A DNA stretch of 64,000 bases from IMG/VR virus record IMGVR_UViG_3300007513_000010. The stretch is one strand, 5' to 3'. Positions 18,441-27,017 of the stretch are shown piece after piece. Below the pieces are notes generated by a model. It saw only the letters and a list, made by a program, of their open reading frames with translations. It was not told where the DNA came from and ran no database searches. The DNA is from a virus. Position numbers and translations under genes: made by a program. Every line of letters starts with the position of its first letter. Within the stretch, counting starts at the first letter, position 1.

Positions 18441-19607
18441 ATGTCTTCGTTACTAGAAAAGGCTATTGTTGATGCAAAAGCTTTAAAAGAGGCTGCATTG
18501 AAAAATGCTGAGAATATTGTTATAGAGAAATATTCTCAAGAAGTCAAAAGTGCCATGAACACCCTTCTCGAGCAAGAAGCCGACCCAATGGCCGACCCAA
18601 TGGCCGACCCAATGGCCGATCCAATGGGTGATCCCGAAGCGACCGAAGATGACGACACCGGAGCAGATTATATTGAAGACATTCCAGACGGTTTTCGGGC
18701 CGACCCCGAAGATGATAGACTTATACGAATTAACTTAGACCAGCTTGAGGCAGATTTTGATGATCTGGCCGACGAAAAAGAGTTGGCAGACTTAGAAAAG
18801 TATGTACATCCAGACGGCGATGATCAGATGGAGATAGGTCTTGAAGATTTGGAAGATCTTTCTGCAGAAGAAGACTTTGGCATGGGTGACGATATGGGGT
18901 TCGATACGGAAGTTGCGCCAGATGCAGCCGCCACTGATGTTGCTCCCGCTCCCGAAGCAGGCGGCCTTCCCCCGCTGCAAGAAGAGGTGGACGTCGACTT
19001 GAACATGCTTTATGAAGAATTAAACACCGCAAGCATTCCGAAAGAAACTGATACGGGCTGGGCAGGAAGCGCAGATCCCGATGCAGAAGACAGGCTCAAA
19101 GCCCGGGATGCAGGCGCTAATGGTGACGCGTGCAAGAAGTGCTCCGGAGAAGATGATGACGCTCCGTGTACCTGTCCCAAAGAAGACTCAAAAGAAATAC
19201 AAAAAGAAAATATTATTTTAGGCAAAGCAGCTTTGAAATTTCGTAAAGAAAACAAGAAACTCAAATCTGTTTTGAAGACTTTGCAAGAAAAGTTGGAACA
19301 AGTGAATGTCTCCAACGCGAAGCTATTATATATCAATCAGACTTTAGAAAACCCCTCCTTGAATGAGCGACAAAAACAAAAAGTTGTCGAAGCGATTTCC
19401 AAAACTGATTCGGTACAAGAAGCGAAAACTATTTTTGAAACACTTAAACATGCAGTGGGAACAACAACAAAACAAACTGTTCCAGATTCGCTGAATGAAG
19501 TTGCAAGTAGGAAATCGTCGCTATTAATTGCTGCTAGACAGCAAACAAAAGAGGACGCTGGAAATCCTTTCTTCGATAGAATGAGAAAACTAGCAGGTAT
19601 AACATAA
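18441..19607 (+). CDS. Prohead core scaffold protein (T4 gp22-like)
   Basis: Acidic and coiled-coil; directly upstream of the major capsid gene; several L-x-E protease-type sites; ends RMRKLAGI. Confidence 0.75.
   Translation: MSSLLEKAIVDAKALKEAALKNAENIVIEKYSQEVKSAMNTLLEQEADPMADPMADPMADPMGDPEATEDDDTGADYIEDIPDGFRADPEDDRLIRINLDQLEADFDDLADEKELADLEKYVHPDGDDQMEIGLEDLEDLSAEEDFGMGDDMGFDTEVAPDAAATDVAPAPEAGGLPPLQEEVDVDLNMLYEELNTASIPKETDTGWAGSADPDAEDRLKARDAGANGDACKKCSGEDDDAPCTCPKEDSKEIQKENIILGKAALKFRKENKKLKSVLKTLQEKLEQVNVSNAKLLYINQTLENPSLNERQKQKVVEAISKTDSVQEAKTIFETLKHAVGTTTKQTVPDSLNEVASRKSSLLIAARQQTKEDAGNPFFDRMRKLAGIT
18579..18635 (+). repeat. 12-bp coding tandem repeat GCCGACCCAATG (ADPM x4 + GDP)
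   Basis: Three exact copies, one with a single mismatch, and a partial fifth. Confidence 0.9.
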
Positions 19608-19639
19608 AAAAATAAAGAATTTAAGGAGGTTACTATACC

Positions 19640-21580
19640 ATGTCTGTTTTACAGAAATTAACTGAAGGTATTGTTTCTCGTGACGTTGGTCGCGAGGGTG
19701 AAGCACTACTTTCTAAGTGGCAAAAGACTGGTCTTTTAGAAGGACTAGACACTGGCCGCAATAAGCAATCCATGGCCGTTCTCCTGGAGAACCAGGCCAA
19801 AGAGCTTCTTCGTGAGGCTTCTTCAATGTCTGCAGGTGATGTCGAAGGCTTCGCCGCAGTTGCATTCCCAATCGTTCGTCGTGTATTCGGTGGATTGATT
19901 GCAAACGACCTTGTGTCAGTTCAGCCAATGAGCTTGCCATCTGGTCTTATCTTTTTCCTTGACTTTGTCCACAGCCCGGATACTCGTGCGAATGTCCGTG
20001 CCGACCGCGGTGACTCTGTTTATGGCGGCAACGTCGTAGCTCGAGCCGTGACTGGTGGAGTCGATTTGGAACTAAGCACCACGACGGCCGAGCAATCCGG
20101 ACCCGGTGGGTTTTACGATCTCAATACTGGTCGTACGCATACCACAGGCGCTATCAACGCCGCGGACTCGGAGGGCTTTCAGTTCCTTAATACTCCCGCC
20201 ATCGGCACCCTCGCGGCCGGCGGCGCCTTGATCTCTGCACTAACCGAAGCAGAAAAGAAGATCATTGATTATGATCCAGACATTTTGGACCTTGGGGCAA
20301 AAGACTCCACAGCTAGAATTTTGGTTCTTGATGGAGCAGATGACGTAGACGGCGGAACCATGGGCCGACACCTCGTGGGTCTAAATAAAGACGCTTTAAC
20401 AGCCATAGATCTTCAGCGTGACGACAACGGCCACATTGTGGTTTATGATGCCTCCACGAATGACACCCATCGTCTTATGGGCGCTGCAGCCACTGAGCCA
20501 GTTCAGCTTGTTCGGCGATTAACTAAATTGCAAAAAGTTGGCGGTAAGGACTACGTGAGGTTCGTCTTGGTTTGCGGCTCAACGATCATGGTCGATGCCT
20601 CAGCCGGCCAGAACGGCGCCGGCGACGCGCCGCTCGTGTTGCATGTCGACCGCGCTGACACCCGTGATGCAGCCCTCGATGATGCTGACAACTTTGGTAT
20701 TCGATTTCCAATTTCAGATCAGTTTGTTTCGGGTGGTGATCCATCCGGCTTGGGTGCAGTTGCTGGTTCTTCTTCAGCTCAGGGCTGGGAACTCGAAGGA
20801 AGCGAAGATATGGCTGAGATCGATATCAAGGTCGACTCTATCGCCGTAACTGCTCAGACTAAGAAACTCAAGGCTAAGTGGACTCCTGAGTTGGGTCAAG
20901 ATCTCAACGCATACCACAACCTTGACGCAGAAGTAGAGCTAACGGGCATCCTTTCAGAGCAGATTGCTTTGGAAATTGACCGTGAAATTCTTGGAGATCT
21001 AGTCCAGGGAGCTACAGCCGGCACTCGCTACTGGAGCCGCGCCCCGGGCCTCTTTGTTGACGCACAGGGCCAGGAACTTGGCGCAACCTCTGCAGCACCT
21101 GACTTTACTGGTACTGTTAGTGAGTGGTATGAGACGCTCATTGAAACTATCAACGATGTTAGTGCTCAGATTCATAGAAAGACGCTCCGCGGAGGCGCAA
21201 ACTTTGTTGTTTGTTCCCCTGAGGTTGCAAACATTCTTGAGTTCACGAGCGGCTTTCGCGCAAGTGTTGTTGCAGACCAGGATAAGGGCACTATTGGCGC
21301 CCTAAAGACTGGTTCGCTCAGTAAGAAGTTTGATGTTTTTGTTGACCCTTACTTCCTGCGAAATGTGATCCTTGTGGGTCGCAAGGGAAGCTCCTTCCTT
21401 GAGAGTGGCTATGTGTACGCCCCGTATGTACCGCTGCAGGTCACTCCTACCATCTTCGGTGTCGAAGACTTCGTGCCTCGCAAGGGTGTGATGACTCGAT
21501 ACGCTAAGCAGATGGTTCGTCCCGACTTGTATGGCATCGTCATCGTACGAGGCTTGCTTGGTGAGGCCGGCGCTAGTTAA
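19640..21580 (+). CDS. Major capsid protein (T4 gp23-like)
   Basis: LLENQ, VSVQPMSLPSGLIF, KLKAKWTPELGQDL, EIDREIL, YAPYVPL and GVMTRY motifs; SD AAGGAGGT. Confidence 0.97.
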   Translation: MSVLQKLTEGIVSRDVGREGEALLSKWQKTGLLEGLDTGRNKQSMAVLLENQAKELLREASSMSAGDVEGFAAVAFPIVRRVFGGLIANDLVSVQPMSLPSGLIFFLDFVHSPDTRANVRADRGDSVYGGNVVARAVTGGVDLELSTTTAEQSGPGGFYDLNTGRTHTTGAINAADSEGFQFLNTPAIGTLAAGGALISALTEAEKKIIDYDPDILDLGAKDSTARILVLDGADDVDGGTMGRHLVGLNKDALTAIDLQRDDNGHIVVYDASTNDTHRLMGAAATEPVQLVRRLTKLQKVGGKDYVRFVLVCGSTIMVDASAGQNGAGDAPLVLHVDRADTRDAALDDADNFGIRFPISDQFVSGGDPSGLGAVAGSSSAQGWELEGSEDMAEIDIKVDSIAVTAQTKKLKAKWTPELGQDLNAYHNLDAEVELTGILSEQIALEIDREILGDLVQGATAGTRYWSRAPGLFVDAQGQELGATSAAPDFTGTVSEWYETLIETINDVSAQIHRKTLRGGANFVVCSPEVANILEFTSGFRASVVADQDKGTIGALKTGSLSKKFDVFVDPYFLRNVILVGRKGSSFLESGYVYAPYVPLQVTPTIFGVEDFVPRKGVMTRYAKQMVRPDLYGIVIVRGLLGEAGAS

Positions 21581-21602
21581 TATTTGACTAGCTAGCAAAT
21601 TT

Positions 21603-21640
21603 AAAGCCCCTTCATTAATTTGAAGGGGCTTTTTGTTTTT
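21603..21640 (+). terminator. Rho-independent terminator after the major capsid gene
   Basis: AAAGCCCCTTCA-ttaatt-TGAAGGGGCTTT followed by a T tract. Confidence 0.9.
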
Positions 21641-21719
21641 AGGAAACTATTTACAGTATAGATAAGGATAAGGCGATTTATGCCTTGAAAATTTAAAGCA
21701 TAAAAAGGAGATCATTTAA

Positions 21720-22133
21720 ATGAGTAAATTAGGAAGATATAGTGCGGATAGAAAGAAGATTGAGGCACTCTCAGCAGCAAAGAATGTTGAAGTTGCAGAT
21801 TGCGGAACTATCTTCATGGCGGGTAACTTTACAGGCGCGATCGTTTTACCAGCAGCATCAGCAGCAGGAAAAGGCTGGTGGTGTAAGATTGTTATGTCGG
21901 CAAATCTCACTGCAGGTAACATTACTGTAGATTTGACAGGCTCTGATACAATTGAGCTTGTGGCTTCTGCCGCAGTCGACGGTGCAACGGTTGTTCTCAC
22001 CGGTGGCACTGCTCAGGTTAACATCATCGACGATGTAGCACTAAAAGGTGATCAGTTGGAGATTTTTACAGACGGTACCTCTTGGTACGCTCTTGGGTGC
22101 GTTGCTGTAGCAACTGCTCTCACAACCTCTTAA
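21720..22133 (+). CDS. Putative capsid decoration/fibre protein
   Basis: Follows the capsid gene with its own ACTATTTA (21646-21653) and SD AAGGAG; LPAASAAGKG...DGTSWY beta-sandwich-like pattern. Confidence 0.5.
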   Translation: MSKLGRYSADRKKIEALSAAKNVEVADCGTIFMAGNFTGAIVLPAASAAGKGWWCKIVMSANLTAGNITVDLTGSDTIELVASAAVDGATVVLTGGTAQVNIIDDVALKGDQLEIFTDGTSWYALGCVAVATALTTS

Positions 22134-22164
22134 TAAATAATAACTTCGCCTTATCAATAGAATC

Positions 22165-22199
22165 AGCCCCAAGTCTTATGGCTTGGGGTTTTCTATTTT
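22165..22199 (+). terminator. Rho-independent terminator
   Basis: AGCCCCAAGT-cttatg-GCTTGGGGTT followed by a T-rich tract. Confidence 0.8.
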
Positions 22200-22240
22200 A
22201 TGAAACTACTTATTATATAGCCTAGACAAAGGAGTTTATA

Positions 22241-22675
22241 ATGGGCAAGAGAAACAAGAGACTTACAAGAGCAAAATATGCGAAGAAATATGCAGCGATT
22301 CGCGAAACGATCGCAAGATTAACAGGATCCACAGTCGAGGTCGTCGACGCGATAGTGGAGGATTCCCCTGAAATCATCGAGCCGGCACTCGAAACCGTCG
22401 AAGAAGCACTAGCTAGCATTCCGAATGCTTTAGTACAGATAAAGGAAACAACCACGACAGATAACACGAACAATGAATCGGCCACAACAGAAACGAACAA
22501 CGAAACGGCTGAAACAGAGACGGTGACAAGGCCAACGACGACTACGAAGAAAGCAACGACCACAAAGAGAGTTGCGACACCAAAGAAGACTAGTACAAAA
22601 AAGCGCACAAACACTAACAAGACAAACACAACTCGTCGCACAACGAGAAAAACTAAAGCAGCTGCGAAAGCTTGA
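22241..22675 (+). CDS. Low-complexity protein with Lys/Arg/Thr-rich histone-H1-like tail
   Basis: SD AAGGAG; ACTACTTA at 22205-22212; basic N-terminus, acidic middle, KKATTTKRVATPKK-type C-terminus. Confidence 0.65.
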   Translation: MGKRNKRLTRAKYAKKYAAIRETIARLTGSTVEVVDAIVEDSPEIIEPALETVEEALASIPNALVQIKETTTTDNTNNESATTETNNETAETETVTRPTTTTKKATTTKRVATPKKTSTKKRTNTNKTNTTRRTTRKTKAAAKA

Positions 22676-22743
22676 GGCTTTTATTGAGTCCGTTAACTAT
22701 TTAGTTTGATAACATTCTTTATAAACAAGCGAGGACTCAATGA

Positions 22744-24378
22744 ATGTCGGTACCTGTTCTTACTCCATCAAGCGCAATTAGTGCAGTAACACTTCCTGCA
22801 ACAGGAAGCTTTGCAAACGTCGATGCACATGTTCCATATAGAATATATTCAGATGAATCGGCACCCCTTTATTCATCGATGTTTGTTTCTGGTGCAACAG
22901 AGCAAGTATCCTATGTTTATAAGAAATTGGGTGGCGATGTACTTGATATAGAGTTGACTGAGGGGAGCGTCTATTCCGCTTACGAAGAGGCAGTACTAGA
23001 ATACTCTTATATATTAAACTTACACCAAGCAAATAACGTCATTTCTGATGTTTTGGGCAACTCTACTGGATCCTTTGATCATAAGGGGAATCTGATGTCG
23101 GGCTCTGATCTGTATGCATCTCTTGATGGTCAACATGTTGCGCTTAAGTATCCTCTTTTTGATTATGCCATGGCTCGACGCGTCAGTGAGGGCATCTCCG
23201 CAGAAATAGGACTTAAAGGCAGCAACAATCATTATTCTGCATCCTTTGCAGTGACTGATGGAATTCAGGACTACAATTTGCAGACGATTTTGGACAACGA
23301 GGACGGCACTGCTGCCACCGCTACAATAACCGTTACATCAGATGCCGATGCAGCGGGGCTCAATGGGGACTCTTTTAAGCTAGTCGACTCTCAAGGTCGA
23401 GTAGCAAAATTTACTTTTGATTCTACGACAGCAGAAACGGTAAATGGCAGAATAGGGTTGAACGGGGTGGCAGACGTTGGCCCCATTTCTATAGCCATAA
23501 TGAATGCAATAAATGACTCGAGTGTTAATCTAAAGGTTACAGCAACCAATCCCAGCCCGGGCACACTTACACTTACGCAAGATATAGCAGGCACGGTAGG
23601 GAACAAATCAGTTGATTTTTCAGGGGTTACAGATATTTCTTCAACAGACTTCACTTCAGGCGCCGGGTCTGAATATGTCGGAAGAATTAATGGCCGAAAA
23701 ATACTAATAACCAAGGTTTATTATAAGACTCCGGCCGCAATGTGGAGGTTCTTTGGCTATTATGGGGGGTTAAACGTAGTTGGAAACCTCCATAACTATG
23801 GGCAATTTTCAGATGATTCCTCCTTTCAACTTGTGCCAACGTGGCAAAACAAGCAACAATCTTTAGCATTTGAGGATGCGATTTACACTAGGATGTCTCA
23901 TTATTCGTATGAGATAAGGAATAATTCTACAATAAGATTATATCCTATACCATCGGCACACACGCCCGATCACATGTGGATAGAGTTTACTGTACCATCT
24001 GACGTTTGGGAATCGGAGGATACACAGACCGGCGGCGTAAACAATTTGAACACAATTCCTTTGGGTAATTTGCCATTTGAAAATATAAACTCGATAGGAA
24101 AGCAATGGATTCGAAGATTTGCCCTAGCATTGTGTAAAGAGACTTTGGGGCAAGTTAGGAGTAAGTTTAATTCTATCCCTGTACCTGGGGACAGCATAAC
24201 GCTGAATGGTACGGCTTTATTATCAGAGGGCAAAGAAGAGCAAGAGAAACTTAGAACCGAACTCAAGGAGACTTTGGCAGAAATGACATATAGTAAGCTT
24301 GCAGGTGATGATGCTACGTTAATAGAAAATTCACAGAAAGTTATGACCCAGGTACCAAACTATATATTTGTAGGATAA
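22744..24378 (+). CDS. Neck/head-tail adaptor protein (T4 gp13-like) with inserted domain
   Basis: KLGGDVLDIELT N-terminus and WIRRFALALCKETLGQVRSKF...LNG..L..EG C-terminus; ACTATTTA at 22696-22703. Confidence 0.8.
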   Translation: MSVPVLTPSSAISAVTLPATGSFANVDAHVPYRIYSDESAPLYSSMFVSGATEQVSYVYKKLGGDVLDIELTEGSVYSAYEEAVLEYSYILNLHQANNVISDVLGNSTGSFDHKGNLMSGSDLYASLDGQHVALKYPLFDYAMARRVSEGISAEIGLKGSNNHYSASFAVTDGIQDYNLQTILDNEDGTAATATITVTSDADAAGLNGDSFKLVDSQGRVAKFTFDSTTAETVNGRIGLNGVADVGPISIAIMNAINDSSVNLKVTATNPSPGTLTLTQDIAGTVGNKSVDFSGVTDISSTDFTSGAGSEYVGRINGRKILITKVYYKTPAAMWRFFGYYGGLNVVGNLHNYGQFSDDSSFQLVPTWQNKQQSLAFEDAIYTRMSHYSYEIRNNSTIRLYPIPSAHTPDHMWIEFTVPSDVWESEDTQTGGVNNLNTIPLGNLPFENINSIGKQWIRRFALALCKETLGQVRSKFNSIPVPGDSITLNGTALLSEGKEEQEKLRTELKETLAEMTYSKLAGDDATLIENSQKVMTQVPNYIFVG

Positions 24379-24393
24379 TGAGGTTCTAATAGC

Positions 24394-24882
24394 ATGTCTG
24401 ATAATAAATGGGAACAACCGGCTAAGCCACCTCCTCCGATGTTTGTCGGAAAGAAGGAAAAAGACTTTGTAAAGCAGGTTAACGATGAGGTTATTGAGCG
24501 CGTCGTAGGTCAGACGATTCTTTATCATCCTATCAGTATAGAACACACGAACTTTCACACTCTCTATGGAGAGGCGATTGAAAAGAATTTTTTAAACCCA
24601 ATTAGGGTCCACGCGCTGGTTAAATATACGTCTCAAGAAACTACAACAACAAGCTTGGGTGTCGACAGGATAGAAAAGATAGATGTGTTTTTTCACAAAA
24701 GAAGGTTGACAGAGGATCAAGACCTTTTTGTTAGGGAAGGCGACTTTATACTGTTCGGGGAACAATATTATGAAATATTGACTCTCGAGGAGCCGAAATG
24801 GCTGTTCGGACAAGTAGAATCCAAATTCGAAATTGCAGCATCCTGCGTAAGAGCAAGAGAGGGACTTTTTGATGCAAGCTGA
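24394..24882 (+). CDS. Head closure/neck protein (T4 gp14-like)
   Basis: LYGEA, REGDFI and YYEI pattern; position between gp13-like and gp15-like genes. Confidence 0.7.
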   Translation: MSDNKWEQPAKPPPPMFVGKKEKDFVKQVNDEVIERVVGQTILYHPISIEHTNFHTLYGEAIEKNFLNPIRVHALVKYTSQETTTTSLGVDRIEKIDVFFHKRRLTEDQDLFVREGDFILFGEQYYEILTLEEPKWLFGQVESKFEIAASCVRAREGLFDAS

Positions 24883-26098
24883 GTATGATAAAGATCACAG
24901 CCTTTTAAAGCTTTACTTCAACCCTTCGACAATTGAAACGATAGACAGGGCAATGATGAACTATGTGGAAAAGCTAAAGCTATTTTCAGAAACAAACAAG
25001 GGTTGGAAGAAAGTACCTGTTATATGGGCTTCTGCAGAAAGGGCATTTCAGAGTAAGAAGGATTCTGAAATTCGAGACGCTAGCGGTATGCTTAAGTTGC
25101 CACTTATAACTGTAGCTAGAACAGAGATGACTAAAGATCCTGCTAAGCGCGCCGCATTTCACGGAAATGTTCCAGAGATTAACGATGAACAGGGCGGCGC
25201 CATTGCCACACATCGAGTGATATATCAAGATAAGTCACGAAACTTTGCCCATGCAGACAATAATCGAATGTTTAATCAGTCTGGCTTCCCTCGCGAGAAT
25301 AAGAAAAAAGTATACAAAACAATTTCTGTGCCAATGCCAGTTAATATTTCTGTAAAATATGATATACTTATAAGAACAGAGTATCAACAGCAGCTAAATG
25401 ATTTGATGCTGCCCTTTATAACAAAACCCGGGACCATAAATTTCGTGTCGATATCAGAAGAAGAGCATAAGTACGAAGCGTTTATAGATCAGGGATTTAC
25501 GCAGACCACCAACCTAGATAATTACACTTCGGAGGAAAGAAGATTCGAAACCAAGATTTCTGTCTCTGTTATCGGGTATTTGGTGGGAGAAGGAAAGAAC
25601 AGAGAGCGTCCTCATTTTGCAGTGAGGGAAAATTTCGTAGAGATTAAGACACCAAGAGAGAGAATTTCTTTAAGAGAAATTCCAGATCATGAGTATGGCG
25701 CATATTATGGTCTGGCCGGCGTTACAATGCAGGAACTGGTTAGAGAATTTGGACCTTCGTTTGTGGGTCAAAACTTTTCTAATATTCCTGCTATTGGGGC
25801 AGGTTTTATGGGCGGTTTTCAAAATAGTGGAAATGTTGTGACTACCAATAATTTTTCGACAGTGCTTAATGAGTTTTTCGCCTTTCGAGAACTGATAAAG
25901 GACACCGGCGAAGCTGCCGGCAGAAATTTTACAACCTCAAAGGACGTGAAATCAGACAGTGAGACGATTTTCGTCGACGGTCAGTTGCAATTTCCTGGAG
26001 CGAACAGAGACTATACGATACTAAATCGAAATATTACTTTTAATTACAACATAGATGAGGATTCTACTGTTTTTTGCACCTATATAATAGACAGGTAA
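24872..26098 (+). CDS. Tail terminator/sheath stabiliser (T4 gp15-like) with C-terminal extension
   Basis: KVPVIWASAER, LKLPLITV and MPVNISVKYDI motifs; position in the neck-tail block. Confidence 0.7.
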   Translation: MQAEYDKDHSLLKLYFNPSTIETIDRAMMNYVEKLKLFSETNKGWKKVPVIWASAERAFQSKKDSEIRDASGMLKLPLITVARTEMTKDPAKRAAFHGNVPEINDEQGGAIATHRVIYQDKSRNFAHADNNRMFNQSGFPRENKKKVYKTISVPMPVNISVKYDILIRTEYQQQLNDLMLPFITKPGTINFVSISEEEHKYEAFIDQGFTQTTNLDNYTSEERRFETKISVSVIGYLVGEGKNRERPHFAVRENFVEIKTPRERISLREIPDHEYGAYYGLAGVTMQELVREFGPSFVGQNFSNIPAIGAGFMGGFQNSGNVVTTNNFSTVLNEFFAFRELIKDTGEAAGRNFTTSKDVKSDSETIFVDGQLQFPGANRDYTILNRNITFNYNIDEDSTVFCTYIIDR

Positions 26099-26114
26099 AG
26101 GAGGATATAAGGCA

Positions 26115-26573
26115 ATGAGTCTCAAAGACAGACTAAATAAAGTTTTGGATCGGATAGACGATCTATCTAGCAAATTAGAACTATCAGAAAAGGAGAAAAA
26201 GGAAATGATCGAAGACCCAATTGCATCTCAGATTGAGGAGCTTTTAGAAGAAGAGGGGGGACAGGAGGCCGACCAAGCTGGCCAGCCGGCTAGTCCCCCA
26301 CCGCGCCTGGAGATTGAGTGGGAGGCTGTGGCTCCAATCGTCCAGTTACGTAACGCCTCTAACAGCTTGAGAAGTTCGCTCTCGGAGCTTTGTATTGAAT
26401 ACGAGATAAGAAAGAGAAAAATTATGAACTCTTTGGAAGCAATTGAAACTAATCTTGCCGAGAGAGTACAAGAGTTGAGAGATTCAAGTGGCCTTCCAGA
26501 AGAAGCGATGTATAACTTACGACTTCCTGACGAACCAAACGATTCAGGTGAGTTTATCTTGAGAGAAGAATAA
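26115..26573 (+). CDS. Hypothetical acidic coiled-coil protein
   Basis: SD GGAGG; 152 aa. Confidence 0.6.
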   Translation: MSLKDRLNKVLDRIDDLSSKLELSEKEKKEMIEDPIASQIEELLEEEGGQEADQAGQPASPPPRLEIEWEAVAPIVQLRNASNSLRSSLSELCIEYEIRKRKIMNSLEAIETNLAERVQELRDSSGLPEEAMYNLRLPDEPNDSGEFILREE

Positions 26574-26643
26574 GAAAAGACCGTCAGGCATATCTTTTAT
26601 TCTTTTTGTTAAAGAAAACAAACTCAGGGAGACTATTTATAAC

Positions 26644-26874
26644 ATGAGCAATGATAAGAAAACTTATGTAACAAGCGATATCGGAATCGCCGCGTACCTA
26701 CAACTTCATAATTTTAAACTACTTAGTTGCAAAAGATTGGACAGTGGAAAATTCTATTTCGAATTTGATGACGCCTCGGATGAGTGCCAAATGAGATCTT
26801 TAGAATTTTTACAGTCCGACTTTTGCAAGTTTGATAACATAATAAGAAACTTAAAAAAAGTATTGTTCTCTTAA
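26644..26874 (+). CDS. Small hypothetical protein (DUF5659-like)
   Basis: TSDIGIAAYL...FYFEF pattern; ACTATTTA at 26632-26639. Confidence 0.55.
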   Translation: MSNDKKTYVTSDIGIAAYLQLHNFKLLSCKRLDSGKFYFEFDDASDECQMRSLEFLQSDFCKFDNIIRNLKKVLFS

Positions 26875-27017
26875 AGAACTGAATTACTATATACATTAGA
26901 GTGTTTGTCTAGTAACTTCAGTTAATCTTTCCTTTAGTTTTCCCCCTTTTTATTTAATAATTTTTAAATTCAGTTTTGTCGCAAAATGGTCCTATCTTTT
27001 ATAGGAGGAAAAAATAG

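Noticed and set aside
18579-18635. Short direct repeats as a possible CRISPR array
   Set aside because: 12-bp in-frame tandem units with no spacers; no cas genes. The same applies to the repeats at 49756 and 63770.
26875-27017. Intergenic gap as a possible tRNA or ncRNA
   Set aside because: AT- and pyrimidine-rich with no cloverleaf or T-loop consensus; explained as promoter and leader of the fibre gene. No tRNA was recognised elsewhere by eye.
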